64,000 bases of DNA from Octopus vulgaris (taxonomy: Eukaryota), in the NCBI GenBank assembly GCA_951406725.2, contig OX597833.1, positions 37,510,001-37,574,000 of the forward strand, in the 5' to 3' direction. Shown piece by piece: positions 25,720-37,941 of this stretch (the stretch's first letter is position 1; each line of letters starts with the position of its first letter). A program made the position numbers and the translations under genes. Under the pieces are notes generated by a model. It was not told the DNA's origin. It searched no databases and saw only the letters and a program-made list of their open reading frames with translations.

Positions 25720-26140
25720 TGCGGCGAGGTGGCAGAAACGTTAGCACGCCGGGTGAAATGTTTAGCAGTATTTCGTCTGCTGCTACGTTCTGAGTTCAAA
25801 TTCCACTGAGGTCAACTTTGCCGTTCATCCTTTCGGGATCGATAAATTAAGTACCAGTTACGCATTGGGGTCGATGTAATCGACTTAATCTGTTTGTCTG
25901 TCCTTGTTTGTCCTCTCTGTGTTTAGCCCCTTGTGGGTAGTAAAGAAATAGGTATTTCGTCTGCCACTACATTCTGAGTTCAAATTCTGCCGAGGTTGAC
26001 TTTACCTTTCATCCTTTCAGGTTCAATAAATTAAGTACCAGTTACACACTGGGGTCGATCTAATCGACTTAAACCCTTTGTCTGTCCTTGTTTATTCCCT
26101 TGTGTGTAGCCCCTTGTGGGCAGTAAAGAAATAAGAAATA
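25720..26140 (+). mobile_element. SINE family B (tRNA head, Deu/Nin-like domain) head-to-tail dimer with 15-bp TSD
   Basis: B box GAGTTCAAATTC; domain gactttgcctttcatcctttcggggtcgataaattaagtacc; TSD agaaactgaaaaaaa at 25705-25719 and 26141-26155. Confidence 0.85.
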
Positions 26141-26399
26141 AGAAACTGAAAAAAAGCTCATCATATATAGAGAGAGAGGGGGAGAGAGAGTGAAAGAGAG
26201 AGAGAGAGAGCGAGAGAGAGAGTGTGTGTGTGAAAAAGGGATAAGTTATTATCTCTCAAATTAGTTTAGATGCCAGCTATCCACAACAGTTTATTATATA
26301 GTACTCAAACTCAGAAAAGAGATACTGGTACTGGTAACTTCACTTGTTGGGTAATTCTGTGTTCCTATTCAGAACTGCAAATATTCTGTAGATTATTTA

Positions 26400-27440
26400 A
26401 TAACATTGATAACAAAGAGGAGAGTGGAGATTTTATTCACACCCCCAAACTTATTTATTTAAAAATTTTCTACAGCAAATATATCTGACCTACATATGTT
26501 TCAACTGCAGTTGCTTTGTATGCACATTGCTTTGTATGCAGCTTTGCATTCTAGTCATTGCATTTTCATCAAGGGTCCATCTTTGATGAAACTGCAACGA
26601 CTACAATGCATAATTGCATACAAAGCAATGTGCAGTTGCTGCAATCAAAACATACGAAGATCAGCTGCAGTGGCAGCTCTTGTATAGGCACTGCGGAACT
26701 ACAGCACCCCCTATTTCCACTCAATATTATTGATAACATTCAATGTAATGAGTCTTCCTTTATACTTGTACATTATATAATCTTTAAGCTTAATGTCAGT
26801 AGCCATACCCTAGTTTATGAAAAAAATTCCAAAACCCTTGTATAGAACTGTGCACTTCACAGTTCCATTGACGTGGTGTTTGGCTGTTGTGCACTTGCTC
26901 ACATGTCCAAGATAGGAAGCTGCACTCTAGGAAGAGAGAACACTGTCGTTCATGTAGTGCCGACTCTGGTGTACTGGTGAAAGGTAGTGTTTCTTTTTGA
27001 CTCCATGTGTGTTGTGCTTAAAAATGCGTTTATATCCTTGAATGTGATAAAATGTAGCATTAAATTATTATCCTGCTTCCATCTACAGTGTTGCCACCAG
27101 GACATGAAAAATAGGGCAAATTTTCCCCCTTGTTTTGTGATTTAGGGGGGATTTTTGAAAAACAAGGGGGAATTCACGACAGTGTTCAGTGAACAAATTA
27201 AACACATTACTCGGCAGTAGCTAAAATGCAAACCGATCAAGTTTTTGTATAAATTCTTTTTTTATATGTTTGTTTCCTTTTACACAGTATTAAAACAACA
27301 AAGATTTTCCAAACCAGCTACCCCGCTAATTTTATCTACGAGCTGCCACTGATCAGCTGCATTTGCAGTAGAAAACTTTTAAATAAAGAAGTTTTAGGAT
27401 AGAATAAAATCTCCACTCTGCTCATTGTTATCAATGTTAG
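26400..27440. mobile_element. Putative non-autonomous DNA element with ~90-bp terminal inverted repeats and an internal long hairpin
   Basis: 26400-26490 is the inverse of about 27350-27440; internal palindrome at 26485-26664. Confidence 0.6.
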
Positions 27441-27492
27441 ATATATATAAATGTGCATGTGTGTGTGTGTGTGTGTCCCCGCACAAACACGC

Positions 27493-27720
27493 ATCATCAT
27501 TATTATCATCACCATCATTTAACATCAGTTTTCCAAGCTGGCATGGGTTGGACAGTTTGACCAGAGGTTGAGAGCTGTAACAGGTTCCAGTCAAATTTGA
27601 CTTGGTTTCTATGGCTGGATGCCCTTCTTAATGCCAACCACTTTACAGTATGTCCTGGGTGCTTCTTACCTGGTACCAGTATGAGTGTTTTTCAGGTGGA
27701 CAGGAATGGGTGTTTTTTAA
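27493..27720 (-). mobile_element. Decayed RTE 3' UTR
   Basis: (CAT)n tail, ggcatgggttggacagtttgac, ggctggatgccctt. Confidence 0.65.
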
Positions 27721-28191
27721 GTGGAGTGGCACACGTGCTTTTGACATGGACTGGTATGAGGGCTTTTGCAAAGCAAAAAACTCTTCAGCTGGGGTGGGGG
27801 GGGGACATTAACAATTCTGCTGAGGTGAGTGGGTTTTCTTGAGTTTTGTAAGGCACAAGATATCTTGGTCCTCTGTCATCTTCGTAAGTCTCAGTGTCCT
27901 GAGATCAGCCTTCAGTGCTTCATACATCTATATGTGTTGTGCATTTGTGTTTGTTGTTTGTCCCCCACCACAGTTTGACAACTGGTGTTCATTTGTTTAA
28001 ATCTTTTGAAATTAGCAGTTTGGCAAAATTGGTAACAATCTATGAGTAACCTTATGGGTAACAATCTATGGGTAATCCACCACGGTGAATTCCACCATGG
28101 TAAATAATCATGCTAATAATCACGGTGGTCAGTTTCTCTAGGCCATGGGTCAATACCTATGCTATTTAATCTGTCTGTCTCTCAAGTCTTA

Positions 28192-28247
<56 letters not shown>

Positions 28248-28489
28248 TTCTGAAGGTGAGATAGAAAATAATCTTTATAATCTACTTGAATTGAGATAGG
28301 ATCACTTTAACGTACTCCCATTCTTTGTGTGATTGCTCCTTAATTATTTTTTCTCACTTGTATTTTTTTCCCTCGTAATGTAACTTTCCTTCTAATGTTC
28401 AAGTAAAATTAATTCAAACTATTTTGAATTGTATGTTGCACTGGGCAAAAAAGAAAATTGATATGCAATTGAATTTTTTTCTCACACAC

Positions 28490-28529
<40 letters not shown>

Positions 28530-29144
28530 CATATATATATATGTATATGTATCTGTGGGAGGGTGTTTGTGTATGTGTGTATATGTACACAGATCTGCAC
28601 ATATATAGTATATACCTGTATATCTATATTTATCTATACATCTGTACATATAAGTATGTGCGTGTATATGTGTGTGTGTGTGCATGTGTGCATGTATGTG
28701 TGCATGTGTGTGTTTCCATGTTTGACTGTGTAAGTTTACATATATATACATAAACAGATAAATATAGATATAGATACATAAACTTATGCATTATTACATT
28801 CATACATACACACAAACATAATGTATGTGGGTGGAAATTGAATTTCTTGTGAAAGTAATCCACAGTAAATGACTACTAAAATTCCTATGTCATGTATTAG
28901 TGATTATGAACAACAAAGACAACAACGTTGACGACAACAACAACAACAGACAGGTGAACTGGAATGTAGAAATATATGCTGAGACTGTAGACGAGGGTGG
29001 GCGTGGGCGTCTTTGAATAATGTCAATAGGTAAACTTACTAGTTGTCCTACGGTTAGACTGGTTTTTAAAAGTAGTTATATTGCCGCAATAATGATTTTC
29101 GTTACAAAGGCCTTGAAATGTATTCATATTTCTTTGCAAGGAAG

Positions 29145-29443
29145 ACTGTGAGTTGGCAGAATTGTTAGTAGGCTAGACAAAATGCTTAGTGACATTTCAT
29201 CTGTCTTTACATTCTGAGTTCAAATTCTGCCATGGGTGGCTTTACCTTTCATCCTTTCAGGGTCAATAAAATGAGTATCAGTTGAAGACTGGGATCAATG
29301 TACTCACCTTATCAATGTAATCCTACTGCTTTTCAGAGGGTACAGGCCAAAGTGGTTCCCCAGGACAGCCCGTGTCAATAACAACCAGAGCACAGACCAG
29401 GTGACAATATTTTTTGCTGACCTTGTGGCAAAATTTGAAACCA
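29145..29443 (+). mobile_element. SINE family B, interrupted by an inverted 100-bp insert
   Basis: ttctgagttcaaattctgcc...ctttcatcctttcagggtcaataaaatgagta; tail ccttgtggcaaaatttgaaacc resumes at 29419. Confidence 0.7.
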
Positions 29444-29874
29444 AGGGCAGTTGAATGAATCACAATAAACTTCTGTCATTAATTTTCATGATGCCTGGCT
29501 GATATACAGCAAAATTAAACCCAGCAAAATCTGAAATGTAATTTTGTGAAGCCAGGATATTTATTACTTTAAAAAAACTGTTAAGGTAAAATGAGGATCA
29601 GAGCTTCTCTACAGGATCTCCAAGACTCATGGATGGACACTAATCACTGCTTTCAGTCTGCAAGTGACCCAGGTGGAAGCATGGTGTTAGAAGTGGGTTT
29701 ATTTGAAAGCAGAAAAAAAAATTGTCACATGGTCTGTGCTCTAGTTGTAATTGACACAGGCCCTCTGTGGGGAACCATTCCTGCCTGTAAACTATGAGAA
29801 GTAGGATTATTCAAACAAAGGTGCTGTAGGTAAAAGTGTGTCATGATGTCAAGTTAAACTAGAGAGAGCTGTAT

Positions 29875-30070
29875 TATTATTATTCTATGTTTGACTTTTG
29901 CTTTACATTTGTACAAGTTGGCTTCAAGTCTCACCCAGAGACTTCAGGAGACAACAAGTTGGAAGTTTATGTCGGTGTTATGCCTAGGGTGCCATATATT
30001 TGGTTTTGTACTTAGTAAATCATGAGAAAATTATGTTTGTTTTAAAACTTGAGATTACATAGAAAGTATT
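29875..30070 (-). mobile_element. Dong/R4-like retroelement 3' end within (TAA)n
   Basis: Minus strand starts ILSM* (cf. ALSM* at 61987), then a 3' UTR; (tta)n on both sides. Confidence 0.55.
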
Positions 30071-30077
30071 ATTATTA

Positions 30078-30148
<71 letters not shown>

Positions 30149-30152
30149 GAGT

Positions 30153-30483
30153 GTTAGGGTTACTTAGGGTTAGGATAAGGGTTAGGGGTGGGGGAAGGGT
30201 ATCTTTTTTCTTCACAAATGTAAATAAACCCAATCTGTTTCTTAAAGGAGGGACATATTCATTATGCACAGAATGTTATTTACCTAAATGGATGCCAGTG
30301 ATTGGTTAAAATTGCCGAAATGCTCGAAATTAAAGACAAAATATGTTACAAACTATAGAATTTTCTCAAGAAAGCCAAGAGAAAATGATTTTTTATAAAC
30401 ACATTCTACCAGTATATGAAGTTTAAAATTCTTTAGTTACCTAGAAATTATGTTATAAACTGCCGTTCAAACCGAAAAGATCC
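30153..30483 (-). mobile_element. Second copy of the telomere-repeat-containing MITE-like element
   Basis: Reverse complement of 14762-15080; TTAGGG-like units at 30154-30186. Confidence 0.8.
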
Positions 30484-31034
30484 TAACATTTTTCTCTTAA
30501 TACTTTTTATATAGTGGTCGCAGGAAGCTCTGGCTTTCGTTAGGATTGGTCCACATAACCATTCATGATACAGAGGCTGGGAGCCTATTTCAGTTCGGGA
30601 GTGAATCATCATCAAATGTCACACAAGCATGTCATATAGCTGCAATAGAATGGTGTATCCCCCCCAATTGTAATGTGATTTCTCTAAGACATCACCCAGC
30701 AATCTATCAAGTCTATTTACACATTTCTCAATAAATATTGCTGTTATGACTTCCCTCCTTCATATTATGCCTCCATCATAGATGGGTAGATTGGCTAGTA
30801 ACCTTAATAGTAAGAGTACTGACAGCAGTTTTTACTGGGATTGCTAATCATCAATGGCTTGATATAGGTCAACCCTTTGAAAAGAATATGAAAAAGACAT
30901 ACTACAAAGAAGGACAGTGTATTTTTTGCCAAAAGGAAGTCATTAACGTTTTTATACATCAGCTGTTAAATTTCAATATCTGAACATTTCCTCATGTTCA
31001 TGTGGTAGAAAGTTTATTATTTTTTTTTTGTCTC

Positions 31035-31102
31035 TGTATAGTCTGATGAGCTGTCCACAAGGTTGTGGCTTCCGTGGATGTGAAACCTTTGGTAACTCTA
31101 TG
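31035..31102 (+). ncRNA. Type I hammerhead ribozyme motif, slightly decayed
   Basis: tgtatagt-CTGATGA-g-c-tgtccac...gtggatg-t-GAAA-cc-ttt-gGTA-actctatg. Intact core, stems I-III foldable, GUA cleavage triplet at 31092-31094. Confidence 0.65.
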
Positions 31103-31251
31103 ATCTAAATTTAACATTTTGTTTTAATATATACATGTGTGTGTGTGTACGTATATGTAGATGGTTATATAGGTATATACGTGCACTTTATATATTACAT
31201 GTATGGGGGAGCATGTACATGCTTACATATATATAAAGTACATGGACTGAA

Positions 31252-31457
31252 GCGCGCCGGGCGAAATGCATAGCCGTATTTCGTCTGTCGTTACGTTCTG
31301 AGTTCAAATTCCGCCGAGGTCGACTTTGCCTTTCATCCTTTCGGGGTCGATGAATTAAGTACCATTTACACACTGGGGTTGATGTAATCGACTAAATCCC
31401 TTTGTCTGTCCTTGTTTGTCTCCTCTGTGTTTAGCCCCTTGTGGTTAGTAAAGAAAT
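31252..31457 (+). mobile_element. SINE family B, CpG-rich, 5'-truncated
   Basis: Matches 25745-25950. Confidence 0.88.
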
Positions 31458-32524
31458 ATATATATAAAGTACAGGTGGAGTATGAATGTGTTCACATACT
31501 TTCACCATTGCTTGTGGCCACTTAGGGCCCAGCCCCAAATCCCCACTTCTTCCTTATCTCCTCTTACTCTGTCTGATTCTAAGTTACACTTCTCTTATAT
31601 CCACCTTTCAGTAACTTGATTGTATGTCCTGACATCTCATCCTCACCATCTTGCTTTTTCCAGATAGGTAACTATGTATTTCCTCCACAGCAGGACATCT
31701 GTTCCCCATCTCTCTATTGTAATTTTACCTCTTGTCATCTGGCATAAGGCTGCTTCTCTCAATAACTACACCCAAACTCATTTGAGGTGTCTTGTTGTGT
31801 GAGTTACTTGGTGACCTCAGTGATGCTGGTGACATGAAAAAAGGCATCCAGTACACGCTGTAAAGTGGTTGGTGTTTGGAAAAGCATTCACTCATAGAAA
31901 GAGGATGTTAAACAATGATGATGGCAATTATGATGTACAACTGTGTTTGTGTGTATGTGTGTTTAAGTGTGTGTGTGTGTGTGTGTGTATGTGAGTATTG
32001 ATTTATGTTAGTTAAATAGGAAAGACATTCTCTTCTTGAATGAAATTACATTGAGCTTTTGTCGTATTTGTTGTACCACAAAATCAGCAAATGACATCAG
32101 TTCATCATTGTAGCCATATTGTAGCAACCAGTTTCTTTGACCAAGGTCCAGAACCATATCCTAGTTGGCTGGGTATCATCGTCATAGCAACCGGGATACT
32201 TTAACATAACACTCGCAGGGAGAGGGGTAGTTTTCTGGTGGTGGAGATGGGATTCTTTGTTTTTCTTTTTGTGTCAATGGTATTTTCCATTGTTTATAAA
32301 TTCCTGACTGATGTGATGTTTTTCAGCATGTTATCTCAAGATGAGGGAATGAATTCTGCTGCACTGTTACTAGTACAAACAAATACTAATTACTAGTACA
32401 AACAAATTAACATGTTTTAGCTAATTGGTCTACTCGTGTTTTTTGCTGTCTTTTTGCCCTCTCTCTTTCTCATTCTTTCTCACTCTCTCTATATCTGATC
32501 TCTCTCTCTCTCTCTCTATCTCTC

Positions 32525-32593
<69 letters not shown>

Positions 32594-32924
32594 TTAATTA
32601 TCTATCTATCTGTCTCAATCTCTCTTTCTCCCTCTTGGTAAACAGGACAAAAGATAAATGGTGATCAGCTTCTCACCACACCTACCCTTCACCCAGTTTC
32701 CTACCACCACCATTACCATTATCATCACAGCCACCACCACCACCACCACCACCACCACCACCACCACCACCACCGTCACAACCACCGCTGCTGCCACCTC
32801 CAGCAGCAATGCCACTGCTGCCACCTCCAGCAACAATTCCACTGCTGCCACTCCCACTCCCACCACCACCACCACAAATCCTGCTGTAAGCATGCCATCA
32901 CTACTACTACTGCTGTTCATGGGA

Positions 32925-33197
32925 TAAAAAAATTGTAAACTCTACAGACTCTTGGGTGCCTCCAGAGCGTCAGCTGCAGGGTCACTCCGAAAAGGAGAGG
33001 GGCTTTCTCCATATGGGTTGCGGATCCGTGGAATAAGCTGCTGGACGAGATGGTGAAGATGCCGACGACCGCTCGGTTCATAGTCTCCCTTGACCACAAG
33101 TGGCCTGGACTCTTTACATGAACACCACCCTGTACATAACTCCATGTCCCCCTACATGGCCTTGCTTTTTGCTTTTTGAGCCAAAAATTAACTAACT
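32925..33197 (+). mobile_element. CR1-clade LINE 3' end with (TAAC)n tail
   Basis: RRRAFSIWVADPWNKLLDEMVKMPTTARFIVSLDHKWPGLFT*; inverse copy at 41694-41869. Confidence 0.8.
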
Positions 33198-33608
33198 AGT
33201 AATAATCTAATTTTCAGTTTGTTAGTTTGTGCAGTATTGCTGACAGTAGTGGTTGTGCAGTGGTGATGGTGATGGTGGTGGTGGGGACTTTGGCAGTGGC
33301 AATGATGGTGGTTTAGGTGGTCATGGCAGTGGTGTTGGCAGAGGTAGTGGTGGTAGCACTAGTAGCAGTGATGCTGGTGGTCATTGTAGAACTGGTGCGA
33401 TGGTAGGAGAAAAGTGACTTTGTTATTCTTCCATGAATATATCATTATTTTTTGAAAAGTCATATAGTAAGTATGAAATAGACTAGTAAAACACCGAGTT
33501 CTAATGATAAATCAAACCAGTGTTCATGACAAAAACAATATGTACTAATCATAAAACAAGTTTTCTCTATACTAAAGACAAATATGTTTGGGTCTGGCAT
33601 ATATAATA

Positions 33609-34407
33609 CTAGCAGCATAGCCCGGGTTTGTACGAAACTTTGTCGATAAGCAATGCCCTTTACCTTTTTACCCTTTTTTGTACTCATTGAACCGTTATTT
33701 TGTAAAATGAAGCCTAAAAGGCATTAAAGCATTCAAGGCACTGTTCCCTTGCAGGCATGAAGAAAATCTATGACAGTCAAAATGCATTTTCTGGTTTCGT
33801 TTAGCACACCCCACCCAGTTCTTAAAATATCGCAGAAAAATTGGTTTGCTAGTGCGCCACATATGATGTAATTAACCGATTTTTTCCAGTAATAACGTAT
33901 CCTATTGGAATCAAAAGGGCCATGTAGCTCCTTGGAGCAGACATGATGCTCGCTGTGAATTTTAAAAAAAATCCCTGCCAATTTGTTAAAGATATTGTTG
34001 AAAATATGTCATCTTGAATTTGAACGCGATTTCCCAAAATGGCATGATTTTATCGATTTTTTTCTGATGGTAAGGTATTGCATGGAAAACTAACGTCAGA
34101 ATTAAGTTCCTTAGGGTAACATTAAACTTCACCATGAGTTTGGTGAAAATCGATTGCAAGTTGCGAAAACTACAACGGAAAATGTGTTGCATATGATAAG
34201 CTTAGATTCTCGACCCCATGTCGAATTTATCGATTTTTTTCAGAACTGGGGGAACTTTTCAAAGTTTTCGCTGCGTCAGTTTTGAATTATGACATTGGGC
34301 TATGTGTGTGTCAAGTTTCATCAGAATCGGTTGAAAGCCATGGTCAGGGTGAGGGTACAACCTGACAGACACACAGACAGACAAACTGCCTTTTATATAT
34401 ATAGAGA
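33609..34407 (-). mobile_element. Non-autonomous Helitron, about 800 bp
   Basis: Minus strand begins A|TCTCTATATATATAAAAGGCAGTTTGTCTGTCTG and ends ccgggctatgctgCTAG|T: canonical TC/CTAG termini at an AT site, no TSD. Confidence 0.75.
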
Positions 34408-35398
34408 TTATGAATGAAAACATCTGATCACATGATATTGCTCAAATAATTAGTATAAGAGAAAAAGCTACCTCTGGATGTTTCAAATGTTTAAACAAGC
34501 AAGGAAGATCATAGCAATAAATTAATAAAAATTTAAGTGAGACACCGAAACAATAGAAAATGACAATATACATGGAACACCTCTCATCGGCAGTGGAAGC
34601 CAACACCAGTATAGTTTTAGTTCATTTAAACTCTGGAGACTAATTTGTTTAAGATTACTTTCTAGAAATTTTTAACTATATCAGTTGGAGTAGATCTAGT
34701 CTCTAAAGCCAAATGGATGCTGTCCCTACATCCATAATGACCCATCAAGCATTCCTTACATCTTATTTCTCTAACAATCTCTTCCCCACATGCTGGGTAC
34801 TGCCCTTATACCCTTACCATACTGCCTAGTCATCTCATCACCTTACCTACTCTTCCCCCCATCCCGGTAACCATCCCTCCTTAACACATATTACATCCTC
34901 TAACTCCTTGTGTTACCAGTTACTATCTTCCTTCCTTTCACCCACTTCCATCGCTCATTCTCATTACCATTGCTTTCATGTGTCTCCAGGTCCCCATACT
35001 TTGCATACTGGTTATCATTCTCAGCACCCACTCACTATAGCTACCATTTATGTATCTCTCACTCTCACTCTTCATTGCTCCTATGTATTGCTCATCATGT
35101 ACCCCTGAATTATCATCTCCTATCTCTCATCTTACCCTGCTGCTCACCTCCTGTTTATCACTCACTACATTTACCTCTACCTCAATCTCTAACTATCATG
35201 GTACTCTCTCCTCACACTCTCATAACCACTTTCTAAATTCCCATTACACTGTTTGCATCATCTGTTCTTGAGGGCTTTGTTCCAACACCCTATCTCTGCC
35301 ATTTTACCTTTATCCCACCCTTATATAAACATAGAGTAGCCATACATTTTCTCTGTAGTAAAACACCTCTACTTGTCACTCGATACCCTATCAAATAA

Positions 35399-35430
<32 letters not shown>

Positions 35431-36967
35431 CTTAATTGTGAGGGCTTTTCCCTTTCCCAGCATGGCTGAAATCTAATGACTGAAACAGATAAAAGATAGA
35501 TGATAATTTTCCAATTATAACTCTTCATTTTATTTAGTTTAAACAAATTACTTTGAGAGTCAGCTTGTCACTTAACAGACGTCTTAGTCATAACTTTATT
35601 GTATTTTAGTTAGCTATAATATTTCCTGTAGAGTATGATATACTTGAATCCATTCATCCATTTACTTTCAGCCACTATTCCTGAGTGGCTTGTGGAGGTA
35701 GAGTACCCAGAAACCTCCTCATAGGGGCCTATCAAAAGTAACCATCAGACTTCCCAGCCTTCTTGTCTTGTAAGTTACATGGCAACCCCACAAGTGCCAG
35801 TGACATGAAAAAAAGAACTCAGCACACTCTGTAAAGAGATTTGAGTTAGGAAAGGCATCCAGCTATAGAAATCATGCCAAATTTATCATTGAGTATGATG
35901 TAGCCCTATGGCTCATCAGATCGTGTCAAACCATCTAAGACATGCAAGCATGGAAAACAATGCCAGCATGGAAAATAGATGTTAAATAATGATGATGACG
36001 ATGGGGGTGATGGTGGTGGTGGTGGTGGTAGTGGTAGTGGCGGTGGCTTCAGTACTGGCAGCAATGGTGGTGGTTGTTGTCGTAGTCGTTGTTGCTGTCA
36101 TCATCATTGTTATGGTGGTGTGGCAGTGGTGGTGAAGATGACAATGATGATGATGGTGGTGGTGATGGTGGTGGTGGTGATGATGATGATGAAGATGACA
36201 ATAATGATGGTGGTGGTGGTGGTGATGCTGTTGCTTAATTAGAGGAGGAAAGGAATTGCCTGTGACCTTTGCAGAACTGCCAAAAGAGATAAGGTTGGAA
36301 AAAACCATGACTCACGAGTTGATGCAGTAGGAAGGAGTAATAAAAATCATCAGATTTGAGAGAAAGTCTCAGGTCTGAGGATCATTATACAAATTTGTCA
36401 CAGAGTTGACTCTACTAAAAATAAGTGAGGGTCAGGATTGTGGTGTTAAATTGAGCAGCAGATTAGGTTGGGCACCAAATTAGCTCTTTTTTCAGATATT
36501 AATAACAACATCATTACAAACTAAACAATAAAGTGCTTTCAAAATTAGCAATGTTACTTGACAGAGCATGTGGATCAGAGAATCAGGGATCTCTTCACAC
36601 TGAGTTGCTACTTGTCTGCATTTGGCGGACACAGCTTTGGTACTATGGATTTGTGATCAAAATGTTGTGGGAAAGAATAACAAGATGGGCTCTTCAAACT
36701 GAGCCAACTAGTAGGTGGCTAGGAACAAGATGGTTGGAGACTATCCATTGTCTTAGTTGGTCATGCTTGAGAATCTGGCTGGAAAGACTGATGGTTGCTT
36801 TTGATAGGACCCTATTGAGGAGTTACCTGAGGACTCCACCTCCACAACCCTCTCAGAAATAGTGGGGGAAGGTGGATGGATGAATGGATTCAAATATATT
36901 ATACTCTACAGATAACTATTAAAATATTAAAATAGATAACTAAACTACACAGGAGTGGCTGTGTGGA

Positions 36968-37379
36968 GGCGCAGGAGTGGCTGTGTGGTAAGTAGCTTGA
37001 TAACCAACCACATGGTTCCGGGTTCAGTCCCACTGCGTGGCATCTTGGGCAAGTGTCTTCTGCTATAGCCCTGGGCCAACCAATGCCTTGTGAGTGGATT
37101 TGGTAGATGGAAACTGAAAGAAGCCTGTCATATATATGTATATGTATGTGTATGTGTTTGTGTGTCTGTGTTTGTACCCCTAGCATTGCTTGACAACCGA
37201 TGCTGGTGTGTTTACGTCCCCGTCACCTAGCGGTTCGGCAAAAGAGACCGATAGAATAAGTACTGGGCTTACAAAGAATAAGTCCCAGGGTCGATTTGCT
37301 CGACTAAAGGCGGTGCTCCAGCATGGCTGCAGTCAAATGACTGAAACATGTAAAAGAGTAAAAGAAAGAGTAAAGAGTA
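36968..37379 (+). mobile_element. SINE family A, full length
   Basis: tRNA-like head (TGGCTGTGTGG, GGTTCAGTCC), CORE-like tcttgggcaagtg, internal microsatellite, (taaaagag)n tail; 5' 17 nt duplicated upstream. Confidence 0.92.
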
Positions 37380-37468
37380 CAAAAAATTTATAATTAAACC
37401 AACTGCTAAGTGACTAGCTAACTCTATCAAAGTAATTTACTTAAATTAAGTAAAATGAAGAGTTATAA

Positions 37469-37890
37469 CACTGGTCAACAAAATTAAATGTATTATTGTC
37501 ATTATGAATGCAAACCAATTTTGTTAGACTAATTTTTTTAGCTGATTTCAAAATTTTATGCCATTTCTATGCAGCACATATCAGTTTTTCAGTAGATACA
37601 AGCAAATATTTACATATTACTTACTGCTTCCCATTTGCTTGGCAGTCAGTCAGACAGTCATTTAAAGATGTTTTTGTTACTCTCTCTCTCTCTTTTACTC
37701 TTTTACTTGTTTCAGTCATTTGACTGCGGCCATGCTGGAGCACCGCCTTTAGTCGAGCAAATCGACCCCGGGACTTATTCTTTGTAAGCCCAGTACTTAT
37801 TCTATTGGTCTCTTTTGCCGAACCGCTAAGTGACGGGGACGTAAACACACCAGCATCGGTTGTCAAGCAATGCTAGGGGGACAAACACAG

Positions 37891-37941
<51 letters not shown>

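Noticed and set aside
28950-29035. Possible small exon (cag|GTGAAC...ATAG|gtaaac)
   Set aside because: No polypyrimidine tract, a stop in the obvious frame, and no recognisable protein.
30154-30186. True telomere or chromosome-fusion scar
   Set aside because: Only a few degenerate units, internal to a dispersed repeat that also occurs at 14762-15161.
36533-36862. 109-aa ORF in non-microsatellite DNA
   Set aside because: No recognisable domain, non-ATG start and no splice evidence; probably a decayed repeat.
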